Sequence record: MW175414.1
Direction: 5' to 3' (one strand)
Length of the DNA stretch: 64,000 bases
From: Escherichia phage VEc25
Shown here: piece after piece, positions 1-8,030 of the stretch
How the letters are laid out: each line of letters begins with the position of its first letter
Numbering within the stretch: the first letter of the stretch is position 1
Position numbers and translations under genes: made by a program
The notes under the pieces: generated by a model
Told to the model about the DNA's origin: nothing
The model's database searches: none
What the model saw: only the letters and a program-made list of their open reading frames with translations

Positions 1-169
1 CTCTTTGATTGGTACTCTGTCCATTAAGACCCAGCCTGACAGTGGTAAAGCTACTGCTGAGATTAGTGGTAATGTACTGACAGTTAAACCTGTAGCCGCA
101 GGTGACACTACTGTAGTAGTCACCAACGGAACCAAGGAAGTAACTGTTACGGTTAATGTTACAGAGTAA
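1..169 (+). CDS. 3' end of an upstream gene; Ig-like (Big_2-like) domain C-terminus, possibly capsid decoration protein (partial)
   Basis: Frame 2 reads ...LTVKPVAAGDTTVVVTNGTKEVTVTVNVTE then TAA at 167-169; followed by hairpin terminator 191-214. Confidence 0.4.
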   Translation, partial: SLIGTLSIKTQPDSGKATAEISGNVLTVKPVAAGDTTVVVTNGTKEVTVTVNVTE

Positions 170-190
170 TGTGATTGTTTTTATGAATGT

Positions 191-214
191 AGCCCTCCTT
201 GTGAGGGCTTTTTA
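191..214 (+). terminator. Rho-independent terminator
   Basis: GCCCTC/GAGGGC stem, 5-nt loop, then TTTTT. Confidence 0.6.
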
Positions 215-238
215 GTATTTATAGGAGAGTAAATAATT

Positions 239-553
239 ATGGCTAATAAGAACTGTCTTCGTGTATGGCATATCCCTCAAGTACCCGGCAAAGCCTTCTA
301 TGTTGAAGTAGATTCAGTAGAAGAAGGTGTACGTATCATTGATATACTAGCCAACTATGACCTATTCCAGTATGAGAACAATATCAAAGGTGATTACTGC
401 AATGTCTCTGGTTTACAGATGTATGATGAACATATCACTGATGATGAAATGGAAGAGATGGGTCTGACTGACCGTTGGGTAGACTGGTACTATGAAGATG
501 ACCAGAGCTTTTTTGATAACCCGAAAGAGTATTTGAATAATCTCAAGAAGTAA
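239..553 (+). CDS. Hypothetical acidic protein (104 aa)
   Basis: ATG at 239 preceded by AGGAGAG; ORF runs to terminator. Confidence 0.5.
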   Translation: MANKNCLRVWHIPQVPGKAFYVEVDSVEEGVRIIDILANYDLFQYENNIKGDYCNVSGLQMYDEHITDDEMEEMGLTDRWVDWYYEDDQSFFDNPKEYLNNLKK

Positions 554-593
554 TTTCTTGGGGTTAATGACCCTTATTAATTCCTTATCCTTT

Positions 594-617
594 GCCCTCC
601 TATGGAGGGCTTTTTTA
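594..617 (+). terminator. Rho-independent terminator
   Basis: GCCCTCC/GGAGGGC stem, 3-nt loop, TTTTTT. Confidence 0.6.
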
Positions 618-627
618 CGGAGTACAA

Positions 628-834
628 ATGTTTAAGTTCTTAGACCTTATCTGGGCAGTCATTTTGCTGGTTGCTACAGGCTTTGTATATGGCTTCTTGC
701 TCCCATCAATGATGTCTGCTTTAGACAGCATCATTGTTGTTATGGGCTTGATAGTCTGTATTGTGTGGCCTCTTATCGTAGGCCGTATCGTTTATCTTAC
801 AGTTAAGAAAAGGATGAGAAGAAAACATGTATAA
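628..834 (+). CDS. Small membrane protein (68 aa)
   Basis: Track ORF 592 starts at TTG inside the terminator hairpin; first ATG is 628 (MFKFLDLIWAVILLVATGFVYGF...), two hydrophobic segments; overlaps next gene by 8 nt. Confidence 0.45.
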   Translation: MFKFLDLIWAVILLVATGFVYGFLLPSMMSALDSIIVVMGLIVCIVWPLIVGRIVYLTVKKRMRRKHV

Positions 835-1663
835 GTACATTGCAGTAGCAATTGCAGGGCTAATCATTGCTCTAAGTTTAACGAGCTGCTATGACCGAGT
901 TGAACCAGGTAATGTAGGTATTATCGTTAACCGTCTTGGTGAAGATAAAGGTGTGGAAAATGAGGTTAAAGGTGTAGGCCGTTACTGGCTCACTTGGAAT
1001 GAAGAACTTTATACATTCCCGACCTTTAAGCAGATGAAGACCTATGACGGTCTGTTCTACTTCCAACTGTCTGATGGTACTCAGATAGGCCACCAGATGG
1101 CTATCAGCTATAAAGTGAACCCTACTAAGGTAACTAATATCTTCCAGACGTATCGTAAGGGAGTTAATGAAATTACCGAGCAGGATTTACGACAACGTAT
1201 TGCTGATGTACTTAACAGACAGGGTAACCTGATTAACACTGATACCTTTATTGATGGTGGTAAATCTAAGCTACTGGATAGTGTCACTGACACAATCCGT
1301 AAAGAGATGGAACCAGTGGGGATTGATATTATTGCTATCTCCTGGATTGGTGCTCCTGAATACCCTGATAACGTTAAACGTGCCATTAATGCCAAAGTAG
1401 AAGCTACTCAGAAAACTCTGCAACGTGAGCAAGAGATTCAGCAACGTGTAGCAGAAGCTAATATGGAACGTGAACAAGCTAAGGGTGTAGCAGATGCTAT
1501 TCTGATTAAGGCTAAAGCAGAGGCTGATGCTATTCGTTTACGTGGTGAAGCACTCACTGAGAACCCAAATGTAATGCAACTGGAAGCCATTAATAAGTGG
1601 AATGGTACATTACCTACCACAATGATTCCTGGGGCTACTACACCTTTCGTTAATGTGAAATAA
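827..1663 (+). CDS. SPFH/band-7 (stomatin/HflC-like) domain lipoprotein
   Basis: N-terminal signal with lipobox LTSC; SPFH-like core; C-terminal Ala/Glu-rich helix (AKAEADAIRLRGEA); SD AAGGA. Confidence 0.55.
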   Translation: MYKYIAVAIAGLIIALSLTSCYDRVEPGNVGIIVNRLGEDKGVENEVKGVGRYWLTWNEELYTFPTFKQMKTYDGLFYFQLSDGTQIGHQMAISYKVNPTKVTNIFQTYRKGVNEITEQDLRQRIADVLNRQGNLINTDTFIDGGKSKLLDSVTDTIRKEMEPVGIDIIAISWIGAPEYPDNVKRAINAKVEATQKTLQREQEIQQRVAEANMEREQAKGVADAILIKAKAEADAIRLRGEALTENPNVMQLEAINKWNGTLPTTMIPGATTPFVNVK

Positions 1664-1669
1664 CTAAGC

Positions 1670-1699
1670 AAACCCACCATTACGGTGGGTTTATTTTTT
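1670..1699 (+). terminator. Rho-independent terminator
   Basis: CCCACC/GGTGGG stem then TTTATTTTTT. Confidence 0.6.
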
Positions 1700-1725
1700 G
1701 AAGTTATCTAACACTGGGTATTCCT

Positions 1726-1950
1726 ATGAAAGTAAATGTTTTACGTCGTAAGAAAGTTCCTTTCTTTCAAATCAATTGTGGTTCATGTTTTCAACACGAT
1801 GATGACTACTATATGAAGTGTAGTTATCAATCTAAAGAACACTTCTACGGTGTGAATTTACAAACAGGGCATCTGTTCACATTTGATAATAATGACTTTG
1901 TTTATCCTGTGACTTTAGAAGCATGTATTCCTGACCCACTTAATAAATAG
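1726..1950 (+). CDS. Hypothetical Cys-rich small protein (74 aa)
   Basis: ATG start; CGSC...C...C spacing suggests possible zinc ribbon. Confidence 0.4.
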   Translation: MKVNVLRRKKVPFFQINCGSCFQHDDDYYMKCSYQSKEHFYGVNLQTGHLFTFDNNDFVYPVTLEACIPDPLNK

Positions 1951-1951
1951 T

Positions 1952-2308
1952 ATGGCTCAAGAAAAGAATCGTCGTCAGACACTTATCGAACGTATTCAGG
2001 CCAGAATCAAATTACAGGACTTAGGCTATACCGTTAATGGTCAGCCTAGTCTCTGTCACATCTGGACTGGTTCACATTCAGGTAATGGACGTGGTGGGCA
2101 ATATGGCAGGATTTCCGTGAATGGAGTTACCTCTGCAACTCATATTATTGCCTATACCCATTATCATGGTTATATCCCCAATAAGATGCAAGTAGACCAT
2201 CTCTGTAATAACCGTCTGTGCTGTAACCCTGAACATCTTGAATTGGTTACTCACCAAGAGAACCAGAGAAGAAGGGCTAAGCGTTCTAAATCTAAAGGAA
2301 ATAAATAA
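1952..2308 (+). CDS. HNH endonuclease (free-standing)
   Basis: C-terminal VDHLCNNRLCCNPEHLELVTHQENQRR matches the HNH core (His-Asn...Cys pairs...His). Confidence 0.65.
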   Translation: MAQEKNRRQTLIERIQARIKLQDLGYTVNGQPSLCHIWTGSHSGNGRGGQYGRISVNGVTSATHIIAYTHYHGYIPNKMQVDHLCNNRLCCNPEHLELVTHQENQRRRAKRSKSKGNK

Positions 2309-2479
2309 ATGATTAAAAAACTTATTTGTAAACTTATTGCAGCAATCTTAATTAGTATTATTGGTATTGCATGGGTAATTTCTACGCCAGATAACGTTAT
2401 GCAACAAATTTATTATGCTGTATATACATCAACCTCTTTTGTTTGGGTTTATGTAATGTACCGTATTTGTAGCGACTAA
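2309..2479 (+). CDS. Small membrane protein (56 aa), absent from ORF track
   Basis: ATG at 2309 immediately after HNH stop; MIKKLICKLIAAILISIIGIAWVIS...FVWVYVMYRICSD; two hydrophobic stretches; below 60-aa cutoff. Confidence 0.3.
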   Translation: MIKKLICKLIAAILISIIGIAWVISTPDNVMQQIYYAVYTSTSFVWVYVMYRICSD

Positions 2480-2508
2480 TACTTAATATAGCTTAACTGG
2501 AGAGTAAA

Positions 2509-3567
2509 ATGGCTAGTATTGATTCTATTGCCGTATGTAATCCACGGCAGGTACGTAAATTTGTTGAACACTGTATCCGTTCAGGATTGGTTCCATTTAT
2601 CACTTCATCTCCTGGTATGGGTAAATCTGCAATTGTTCGTCAGATTGCAGAAGATTTTGGCCTGAAACTGATTGACCATCGTCTGTCTACTTCAGCACCA
2701 GAAGACCTGTCAGGTCTGCCTCGTTTTAAAGAAAATGGTCGTGCTGAATTTGCTCCATTTGATGAGCTATTCCCATTGGAAGGGGATGTTGTACCTGAAG
2801 GATTTAATGGCTGGCTTCTCTTTCTCGATGAGTTTAACTCTGCTCGTAAAGAGATTCAGGCTGCTGCTTATAAATTGGTACTCGACCGTATGACTGGTCA
2901 GAAGAAGCTACATCCTTATGTAGCTATCGTATGTGCTGGTAACAAAGCAACTGACCGTGCCATTACTAATAACCTATCTACAGCTATGCAATCACGTCTT
3001 ATTCATCTGGAAATGGAGACTGATTTTGATGTCTTCATGGAAGATGTAGCCATCCCTAATAAGTGGGATGAGCGTGTAATTGCATTCCTGAATGCTAACC
3101 CAAATAAACTGAATGATTTTGAACCAGACCATCAAGAGAAGACTTTCTGTTGTTCTCGTACATGGGAGTTCGTTAACAAGATTGTTTCCATTCTCCCACC
3201 AGGACCAATTAATAGTGAAATGACTCTACTGTTAGCAGGCACTATCACTTCTGGTGTAGCAACATCATTCGTCCAGTTTACTCAGGTCTATAGCAACATG
3301 GTGTCTTTGAATGAGATTTTGGATAATCCTAAGAAAGCTCGTATGCCTGAAGACAATAACCTGTTGTGGGCTGTAGTCACTTCACTGATTAACAATACTG
3401 ACGAAGATAATCATTCGAAAATCTTTGATTACGTTGAACGTATGCCATTTACGTTCAAGGTTTTGTACTACCGTTCCGTAGGTAGTCTGGTTCCAGCTTT
3501 GGTTAAATTACCGAACTGGCGTGTTGCTGCAATCACATTATCTAAATACGTTCATGGTTCCAATTAA
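2509..3567 (+). CDS. AAA+ ATPase, MoxR-like
   Basis: Walker A SSPGMGKSA, Walker B LLFLDEFN; SD GGAGAG. Confidence 0.65.
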   Translation: MASIDSIAVCNPRQVRKFVEHCIRSGLVPFITSSPGMGKSAIVRQIAEDFGLKLIDHRLSTSAPEDLSGLPRFKENGRAEFAPFDELFPLEGDVVPEGFNGWLLFLDEFNSARKEIQAAAYKLVLDRMTGQKKLHPYVAIVCAGNKATDRAITNNLSTAMQSRLIHLEMETDFDVFMEDVAIPNKWDERVIAFLNANPNKLNDFEPDHQEKTFCCSRTWEFVNKIVSILPPGPINSEMTLLLAGTITSGVATSFVQFTQVYSNMVSLNEILDNPKKARMPEDNNLLWAVVTSLINNTDEDNHSKIFDYVERMPFTFKVLYYRSVGSLVPALVKLPNWRVAAITLSKYVHGSN

Positions 3568-3733
3568 TAAGAAGGGAGTTACAGACCTCCTGTATGTTGC
3601 TGGCTTTAACGGTGAAGAAATTACCGTATATGCCTCAAGTCTGGCTGCTGCTAAACAAAAGGCAGTTGAATACTTTCGTCCAAAGAAACGTGTAGCCCAT
3701 ACTATTTGGGTTCATCTCGCAGAGGAAAACTGA
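3554..3733 (+). CDS. Small hypothetical protein (59 aa)
   Basis: ATG at 3554 overlaps the ATPase stop; fills the ATPase-VWA gap; no strong SD. Confidence 0.25.
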   Translation: MVPINKKGVTDLLYVAGFNGEEITVYASSLAAAKQKAVEYFRPKKRVAHTIWVHLAEEN

Positions 3734-3734
3734 T

Positions 3735-4877
3735 ATGTCCATGACAGATGCTCAATTAACCCGTGAATATGACAGATGTCAGGCTAAAGCCTTTATGGGC
3801 AAAACTGCTGCATTCTTTGGTTCACTGTTATGTTCTCTGAAGTTCCGTTGGGTAAAAGATGGCTGTGATACAGCACAAACCGATGGTGAGCATCTCGAAT
3901 GGAATCCTGATTGGTTTGAAAGTCTATTACCTGAATCTCGTGTAACAGTACTTATGCATGAACTATGGCATGTCGGCTTACTGCATTCTGTTCGTATGGG
4001 TTCTCGTGACCCAGAAGTATGGAATTATGCCTGTGATATTTATATCAACAATCAGCTTATTCAGGATGGCTACAGCTTTATAGAAATCGAAAATTGCTGG
4101 AAAGACCTTAAGTATGCTGGTTGGGCTGAAGAACAAATCTATGATGACCTCATGAGCAAACAGATACGTCCTCCTAAAGCATCAGGTGCTTTTGGGACTG
4201 GCTCAGGTGGTGACATGAAACCTTCCACTTCGAAGGCTAGTCAGGTGAATATTGTCAATAATGTAGTAAGAGCCATGCACCAACAGAAACTATCTGGTGG
4301 CTCTTTGCCTGGGGTATTACCTGGAAAAATGGAAGAAGTTATTACTCAATTCCTGAAACCAGTAGTACCGTGGCAGGTTTTACTTGAACGCTTCTTCAAT
4401 GACCTGCAAGAAACTTACTACTCATGGCAACGGCCTAATCGTAGATACCCTGATATGTACCTACCATCTCCTATGGATGATGACGGTAAACTGGAACATC
4501 TGGCTTATTTCCTCGATACATCTGGCTCCATTAAACCTAAAGATGCTTTACGCTTTAGCTCTGAAGTGGCCTATGTAAAAGAGAAATATCAGCCTCAGAA
4601 GATGACTCTAGTTCAGTTCACTACAGAGATTGTAGACGAACAAGTCATTGAAGATGGTGATAAGTTTACTGATGTCACTATCAAAGGACGTGGTGGTACT
4701 AGTCTGGTTCCTGTACGTGAGTGGATTATTAAGCATAAGCCTACTGCTGCCATTATCTTTACTGACTTAGAAGTCAGACCGATGGAGCCATTGCCATTTG
4801 ACATTCCTGTCATATGGGTAGTTATTCGTAACCCTGGTGCACAAGTTCCATTTGGGAAAATTATTAACATTACATGA
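3735..4877 (+). CDS. HExxH metallopeptidase-like plus VWA (MIDAS) domain protein, MoxR partner
   Basis: HELWH zinc-binding-like motif near N-terminus; DTSGS MIDAS motif in C-terminal half; SD GAGGAAAA. Confidence 0.55.
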   Translation: MSMTDAQLTREYDRCQAKAFMGKTAAFFGSLLCSLKFRWVKDGCDTAQTDGEHLEWNPDWFESLLPESRVTVLMHELWHVGLLHSVRMGSRDPEVWNYACDIYINNQLIQDGYSFIEIENCWKDLKYAGWAEEQIYDDLMSKQIRPPKASGAFGTGSGGDMKPSTSKASQVNIVNNVVRAMHQQKLSGGSLPGVLPGKMEEVITQFLKPVVPWQVLLERFFNDLQETYYSWQRPNRRYPDMYLPSPMDDDGKLEHLAYFLDTSGSIKPKDALRFSSEVAYVKEKYQPQKMTLVQFTTEIVDEQVIEDGDKFTDVTIKGRGGTSLVPVREWIIKHKPTAAIIFTDLEVRPMEPLPFDIPVIWVVIRNPGAQVPFGKIINIT

Positions 4878-4883
4878 GGTTTT

Positions 4884-5390
4884 ATGGTTGTTAATGGAAA
4901 ACTATTGTTAGGTGCTATGCCCATTAAGGGCATGGTTAACAGTAAACTCAGTTCAGGTGAGACTACATTTGGACTGGGAGAAGCTGGTTATGACATCCGT
5001 ATTAAACAGGATGTTACCTTCTACCGATTTCTTGGTTTGATTCCCTGCATCAAGATTAAAGATGAAGGAAAGACCAAGTGGAAGTTTGGCACTTTCACAT
5101 TAGCTTCTGCAATGGAACGTTTCAATGTACCTGCTGGCCTAGTAGGTATTGTCCATGACAAATCCACATGGGCAAGGCGTACATTATCTGTATTCAATAC
5201 CGTTATTGAACCAGGATGGTCAGGCTATCTGACTTTAGAACTGGTTTATCACGGTCGTAAAAAACTTCATATCCCTGCTGGTTCAGGTATTGCTCAGGTC
5301 ATCTTCCATGAGACAGTAGAGAATACTGCCTACAATGGGCGATACCAGAACCAGCCTAATCAACCTGTAGCTGCTAAGTCAGCTCGTTAA
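4884..5390 (+). CDS. dCTP deaminase/dUTPase-superfamily enzyme
   Basis: Size and motifs (GYDIRIK..., GWSGYLTLELV) fit the dCTP deaminase/dUTPase beta-clip fold; SD GAGG. Confidence 0.5.
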   Translation: MVVNGKLLLGAMPIKGMVNSKLSSGETTFGLGEAGYDIRIKQDVTFYRFLGLIPCIKIKDEGKTKWKFGTFTLASAMERFNVPAGLVGIVHDKSTWARRTLSVFNTVIEPGWSGYLTLELVYHGRKKLHIPAGSGIAQVIFHETVENTAYNGRYQNQPNQPVAAKSAR

Positions 5391-5403
5391 TTAAGGAAAT
5401 ATC

Positions 5404-5604
5404 ATGTCTATCTTTACTACTAAGGTTAATGGTCAGAAAGTTACTGTTGTTGCTCGTAACGTAGCTTACGTTACTGAAAACAGTGAAGGCCGTGGTGTAA
5501 TTACTTTTACTAACGGTGATTCCATTGATACTCAGGTAGGTTATGACTCTATCCGTCGTAACGTAGCTAAAGCACTTGATGGTGCTAAAGACATCGCAGA
5601 GTAA
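5404..5604 (+). CDS. Hypothetical protein (66 aa)
   Basis: ATG with AAGGAA SD; followed by terminator. Confidence 0.4.
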   Translation: MSIFTTKVNGQKVTVVARNVAYVTENSEGRGVITFTNGDSIDTQVGYDSIRRNVAKALDGAKDIAE

Positions 5605-5679
5605 GGTGTTTACAGTAATGGGGTTATATAGTAGCCCCATTTATGGAAATTCCTTTCTCCATTGCTTAGTCCCAACTAT

Positions 5680-5703
5680 GCCCACTTTATGTGGGCTTTT
5701 TTA
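5680..5703 (+). terminator. Rho-independent terminator
   Basis: GCCCAC/GTGGGC stem, TTTAT loop, TTTTTT. Confidence 0.6.
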
Positions 5704-5717
5704 ATTAGAGACTATGT

Positions 5718-5960
5718 ATGAGCAAACTAGGTATACACGTTTACATAGATGAAGCCGAGAAGATATACCCCTATACCTTATTTAGTTCCAGTGATTTACT
5801 TCAGATGAAGGTAAACTCCATCATCGTAAACTACTGGTATAACGATAAGAATTGGGATTACTGGGCTGCACGACAGAAGAGTAAGAACAAGAAAGATATA
5901 TTCAAAAGCAAATCAACTCCACATATGTTTCCTTGGTATCACAGAAACCGGAGATATTGA
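5718..5960 (+). CDS. Hypothetical protein (80 aa)
   Basis: ATG start; weak RBS; basic, aromatic-rich. Confidence 0.3.
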   Translation: MSKLGIHVYIDEAEKIYPYTLFSSSDLLQMKVNSIIVNYWYNDKNWDYWAARQKSKNKKDIFKSKSTPHMFPWYHRNRRY

Positions 5961-6421
5961 TGACAAGAATACCATTTTTAAAGCCTAGAAAACGAACACC
6001 AAAGCTGTATCAAAAGACTTCAGAAGACGGTTTAGCCTTGAACCAGAAAGCTATTAAGGCCGTTAGTGCACTGGTTCAAGGTAAACAGGATGCTGTTGCT
6101 TTACGTCTTGTTGTTGAGCAAATCTTAGTTGCTCTGACACTGGCTCAAGTAGCTAAACAAGAAGGTAAACAAGAAACCTGTAAAACAGCATTAGGTGCTT
6201 TGTACTGGTTGTATAAAGACCTTGCTGACAACTTTGAAATGTCTATGGATAAGTGGCAGGGCATTTCTTGTGTACTTGCTCTTAGAGAAGGGCAGGAATT
6301 ACTGTCTACTCTACCAAAAGCAGAATTTAAACTAGCCTACACTGGAGCACATAAGATTGTTCTTGGTTCCAGTAAGGACATCTTTAACCACCTCAAGCTA
6401 TTCAAGGCTTTCTATGATTAA
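5960..6421 (+). CDS. Hypothetical protein (153 aa)
   Basis: Track start 5933 is TTG; ATG at 5960 with GGAGAT SD and TGATG overlap with upstream stop. Confidence 0.4.
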   Translation: MTRIPFLKPRKRTPKLYQKTSEDGLALNQKAIKAVSALVQGKQDAVALRLVVEQILVALTLAQVAKQEGKQETCKTALGALYWLYKDLADNFEMSMDKWQGISCVLALREGQELLSTLPKAEFKLAYTGAHKIVLGSSKDIFNHLKLFKAFYD

Positions 6422-7355
6422 TGCAAAAATCCTCGCTGATAGTATTACTCTTTCTGGTGACCGCCTGGTAACAATGGAACTGGTTTATCCGCGTTTCATT
6501 CATTCAGAATTTATGACTCACCGAGCACTTAATCGTAATGCTTCCAGTAGTCGTGCTATTCCTACCCAACGCCTTATTGAGCAAGTTCGCAATGAACCAG
6601 TAATGCCAGTACATTGGGGTAAGAACCAGAAAGGAATGCAGGCAAGTGAAGAACTCACTCCTATGGAGATTAAGGATGCTGAGTTCATTTGGGAAAATGC
6701 TGCCTCTGCTGCTGCTGTATATGCTGAACAACTTCGTCGCGGACAAGTACATAAGCAGATTGTTAATCGTATTCTGGAACCATTCACGCATATCCGTGTA
6801 GTAGTGACAGCTACTCAATGGAATAACTTCTTTGGTTTACGCATTCATCCCGATGCTCAACCAGAGATTTGTGAATTGGCTACTAAGATGAAGGAACAGT
6901 ATGACCAATCAAAACCCCGTACCCTGTTGGCTGGGGAATGGCATTTGCCGTACATTACTAATAGTGATTACCTCGATGCTTACGATTATTGCAAACATCA
7001 ACGAATTACTCGTGATGAACCAAGTAGTGATGAGATTAATTGCCTGTTAGTAAAAATCTCTGCTGCTCGTTGTGCCCGTGCTTCCTATAACAACTTTAAA
7101 GGTACTCCTTCTACTATCGAAGAAGACCTGCGTTTGTTCTCTAAATTGGTTGAAAGTAAGCCTGTTCACGCAAGTCCTACTGAACATCAAGCAACTCCTC
7201 AGCATGTAATGAGTAAAGGCTTAAATGAGCCTACTGACCCATCTACATGGGAAAATGGCATTAGCCACATGGACAGAAATTTACGTTTATACTCAGGTAA
7301 TCTATGTGGCTGGATTCAATTCCGTAAGCTGCTTGCAGATGAATGCATCCACTAA
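6414..7355 (+). CDS. Flavin-dependent thymidylate synthase (ThyX-like)
   Basis: Track start 6357 is TTG; ATG at 6414 overlaps upstream stop (ATGATTAA); motif HRALNRNASSSRA resembles the ThyX RHR-x7-S signature (first Arg is Thr). Confidence 0.5.
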   Translation: MINAKILADSITLSGDRLVTMELVYPRFIHSEFMTHRALNRNASSSRAIPTQRLIEQVRNEPVMPVHWGKNQKGMQASEELTPMEIKDAEFIWENAASAAAVYAEQLRRGQVHKQIVNRILEPFTHIRVVVTATQWNNFFGLRIHPDAQPEICELATKMKEQYDQSKPRTLLAGEWHLPYITNSDYLDAYDYCKHQRITRDEPSSDEINCLLVKISAARCARASYNNFKGTPSTIEEDLRLFSKLVESKPVHASPTEHQATPQHVMSKGLNEPTDPSTWENGISHMDRNLRLYSGNLCGWIQFRKLLADECIH

Positions 7356-7400
7356 GTAGGTCTTTTGTGGGTGTAGACCACTCATAATAAACTCCGCTAT

Positions 7401-7428
7401 TTGCCTCCTACATGGAGGCAATTTTTTT
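7401..7428 (+). terminator. Rho-independent terminator
   Basis: TTGCCTCC/GGAGGCAA stem then TTTTTTT. Confidence 0.6.
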
Positions 7429-7452
7429 GATTCCATGTACATAGGAGGCTAT

Positions 7453-7686
7453 ATGGCTAAACCACGTAAATTCCGTATTAAGGATAAGCCTGTAATGGGT
7501 AGTGCTGCCGGTCAGTCACATGAGAAAGGAGACATTGTTTATGAATGCCTTCAGTATGATTACGGCGTTGCTCATGATGACACTCGTGCTACTGGTGTCC
7601 CACATACCTCAGTAACTCTTGAGGAAGATGGTAGCTACCCATTCTTCACTGTTCCTACTCATAACCTGGAAGAAATTCATGATTGA
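7453..7686 (+). CDS. Hypothetical protein (77 aa)
   Basis: ATG at 7453 with AGGAGG SD; the upstream in-frame ATG at 7435 lies in the terminator T-run. Confidence 0.4.
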   Translation: MAKPRKFRIKDKPVMGSAAGQSHEKGDIVYECLQYDYGVAHDDTRATGVPHTSVTLEEDGSYPFFTVPTHNLEEIHD

Positions 7687-8005
7687 CCCAAATATCATCC
7701 ATGCCAAAACAGGCGAATCCCATAAGCTGTCTGAATATTCCAAAGTAGAAGATATTGCAGTTTGTCCTGCAAATATTGCTTCTCTTTGTATCTGTATTGC
7801 AGAGCTATCTAAAGAACGCCAACTATGGCTATCTCCTAATAAAACAATGGTTCAGGCAGGTCTGGCAGAAGTGCAACGTATGCTGGATGAATGGTCTGAA
7901 GACCAGATGTTCATTGATGGCAATGCAGAAGCAATAACCGATGACATGGCCTCTGATATGGCTGTGTTTGTATTACAAGCAATGGCTGAAAAGCGTAGTA
8001 GTTAA
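7679..8005 (+). CDS. Hypothetical protein (108 aa)
   Basis: ATG at 7679 overlaps upstream stop (ATGATTGA); track start 7619 overlaps the previous gene. Confidence 0.4.
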   Translation: MIDPNIIHAKTGESHKLSEYSKVEDIAVCPANIASLCICIAELSKERQLWLSPNKTMVQAGLAEVQRMLDEWSEDQMFIDGNAEAITDDMASDMAVFVLQAMAEKRSS

Positions 8006-8030
8006 TTAATAATTTACTGGAGAAAATTCG

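Noticed and set aside
592-627. TTG start of the membrane ORF as given in the track
   Set aside because: These codons lie within the stem and T-run of terminator 594-617; the first ATG (628) with an upstream SD is the more plausible start. The same reasoning moved the starts of track ORFs at 5933, 6357, 12696, 17259, 22750, 38297, 40874, 51365 and 62098.
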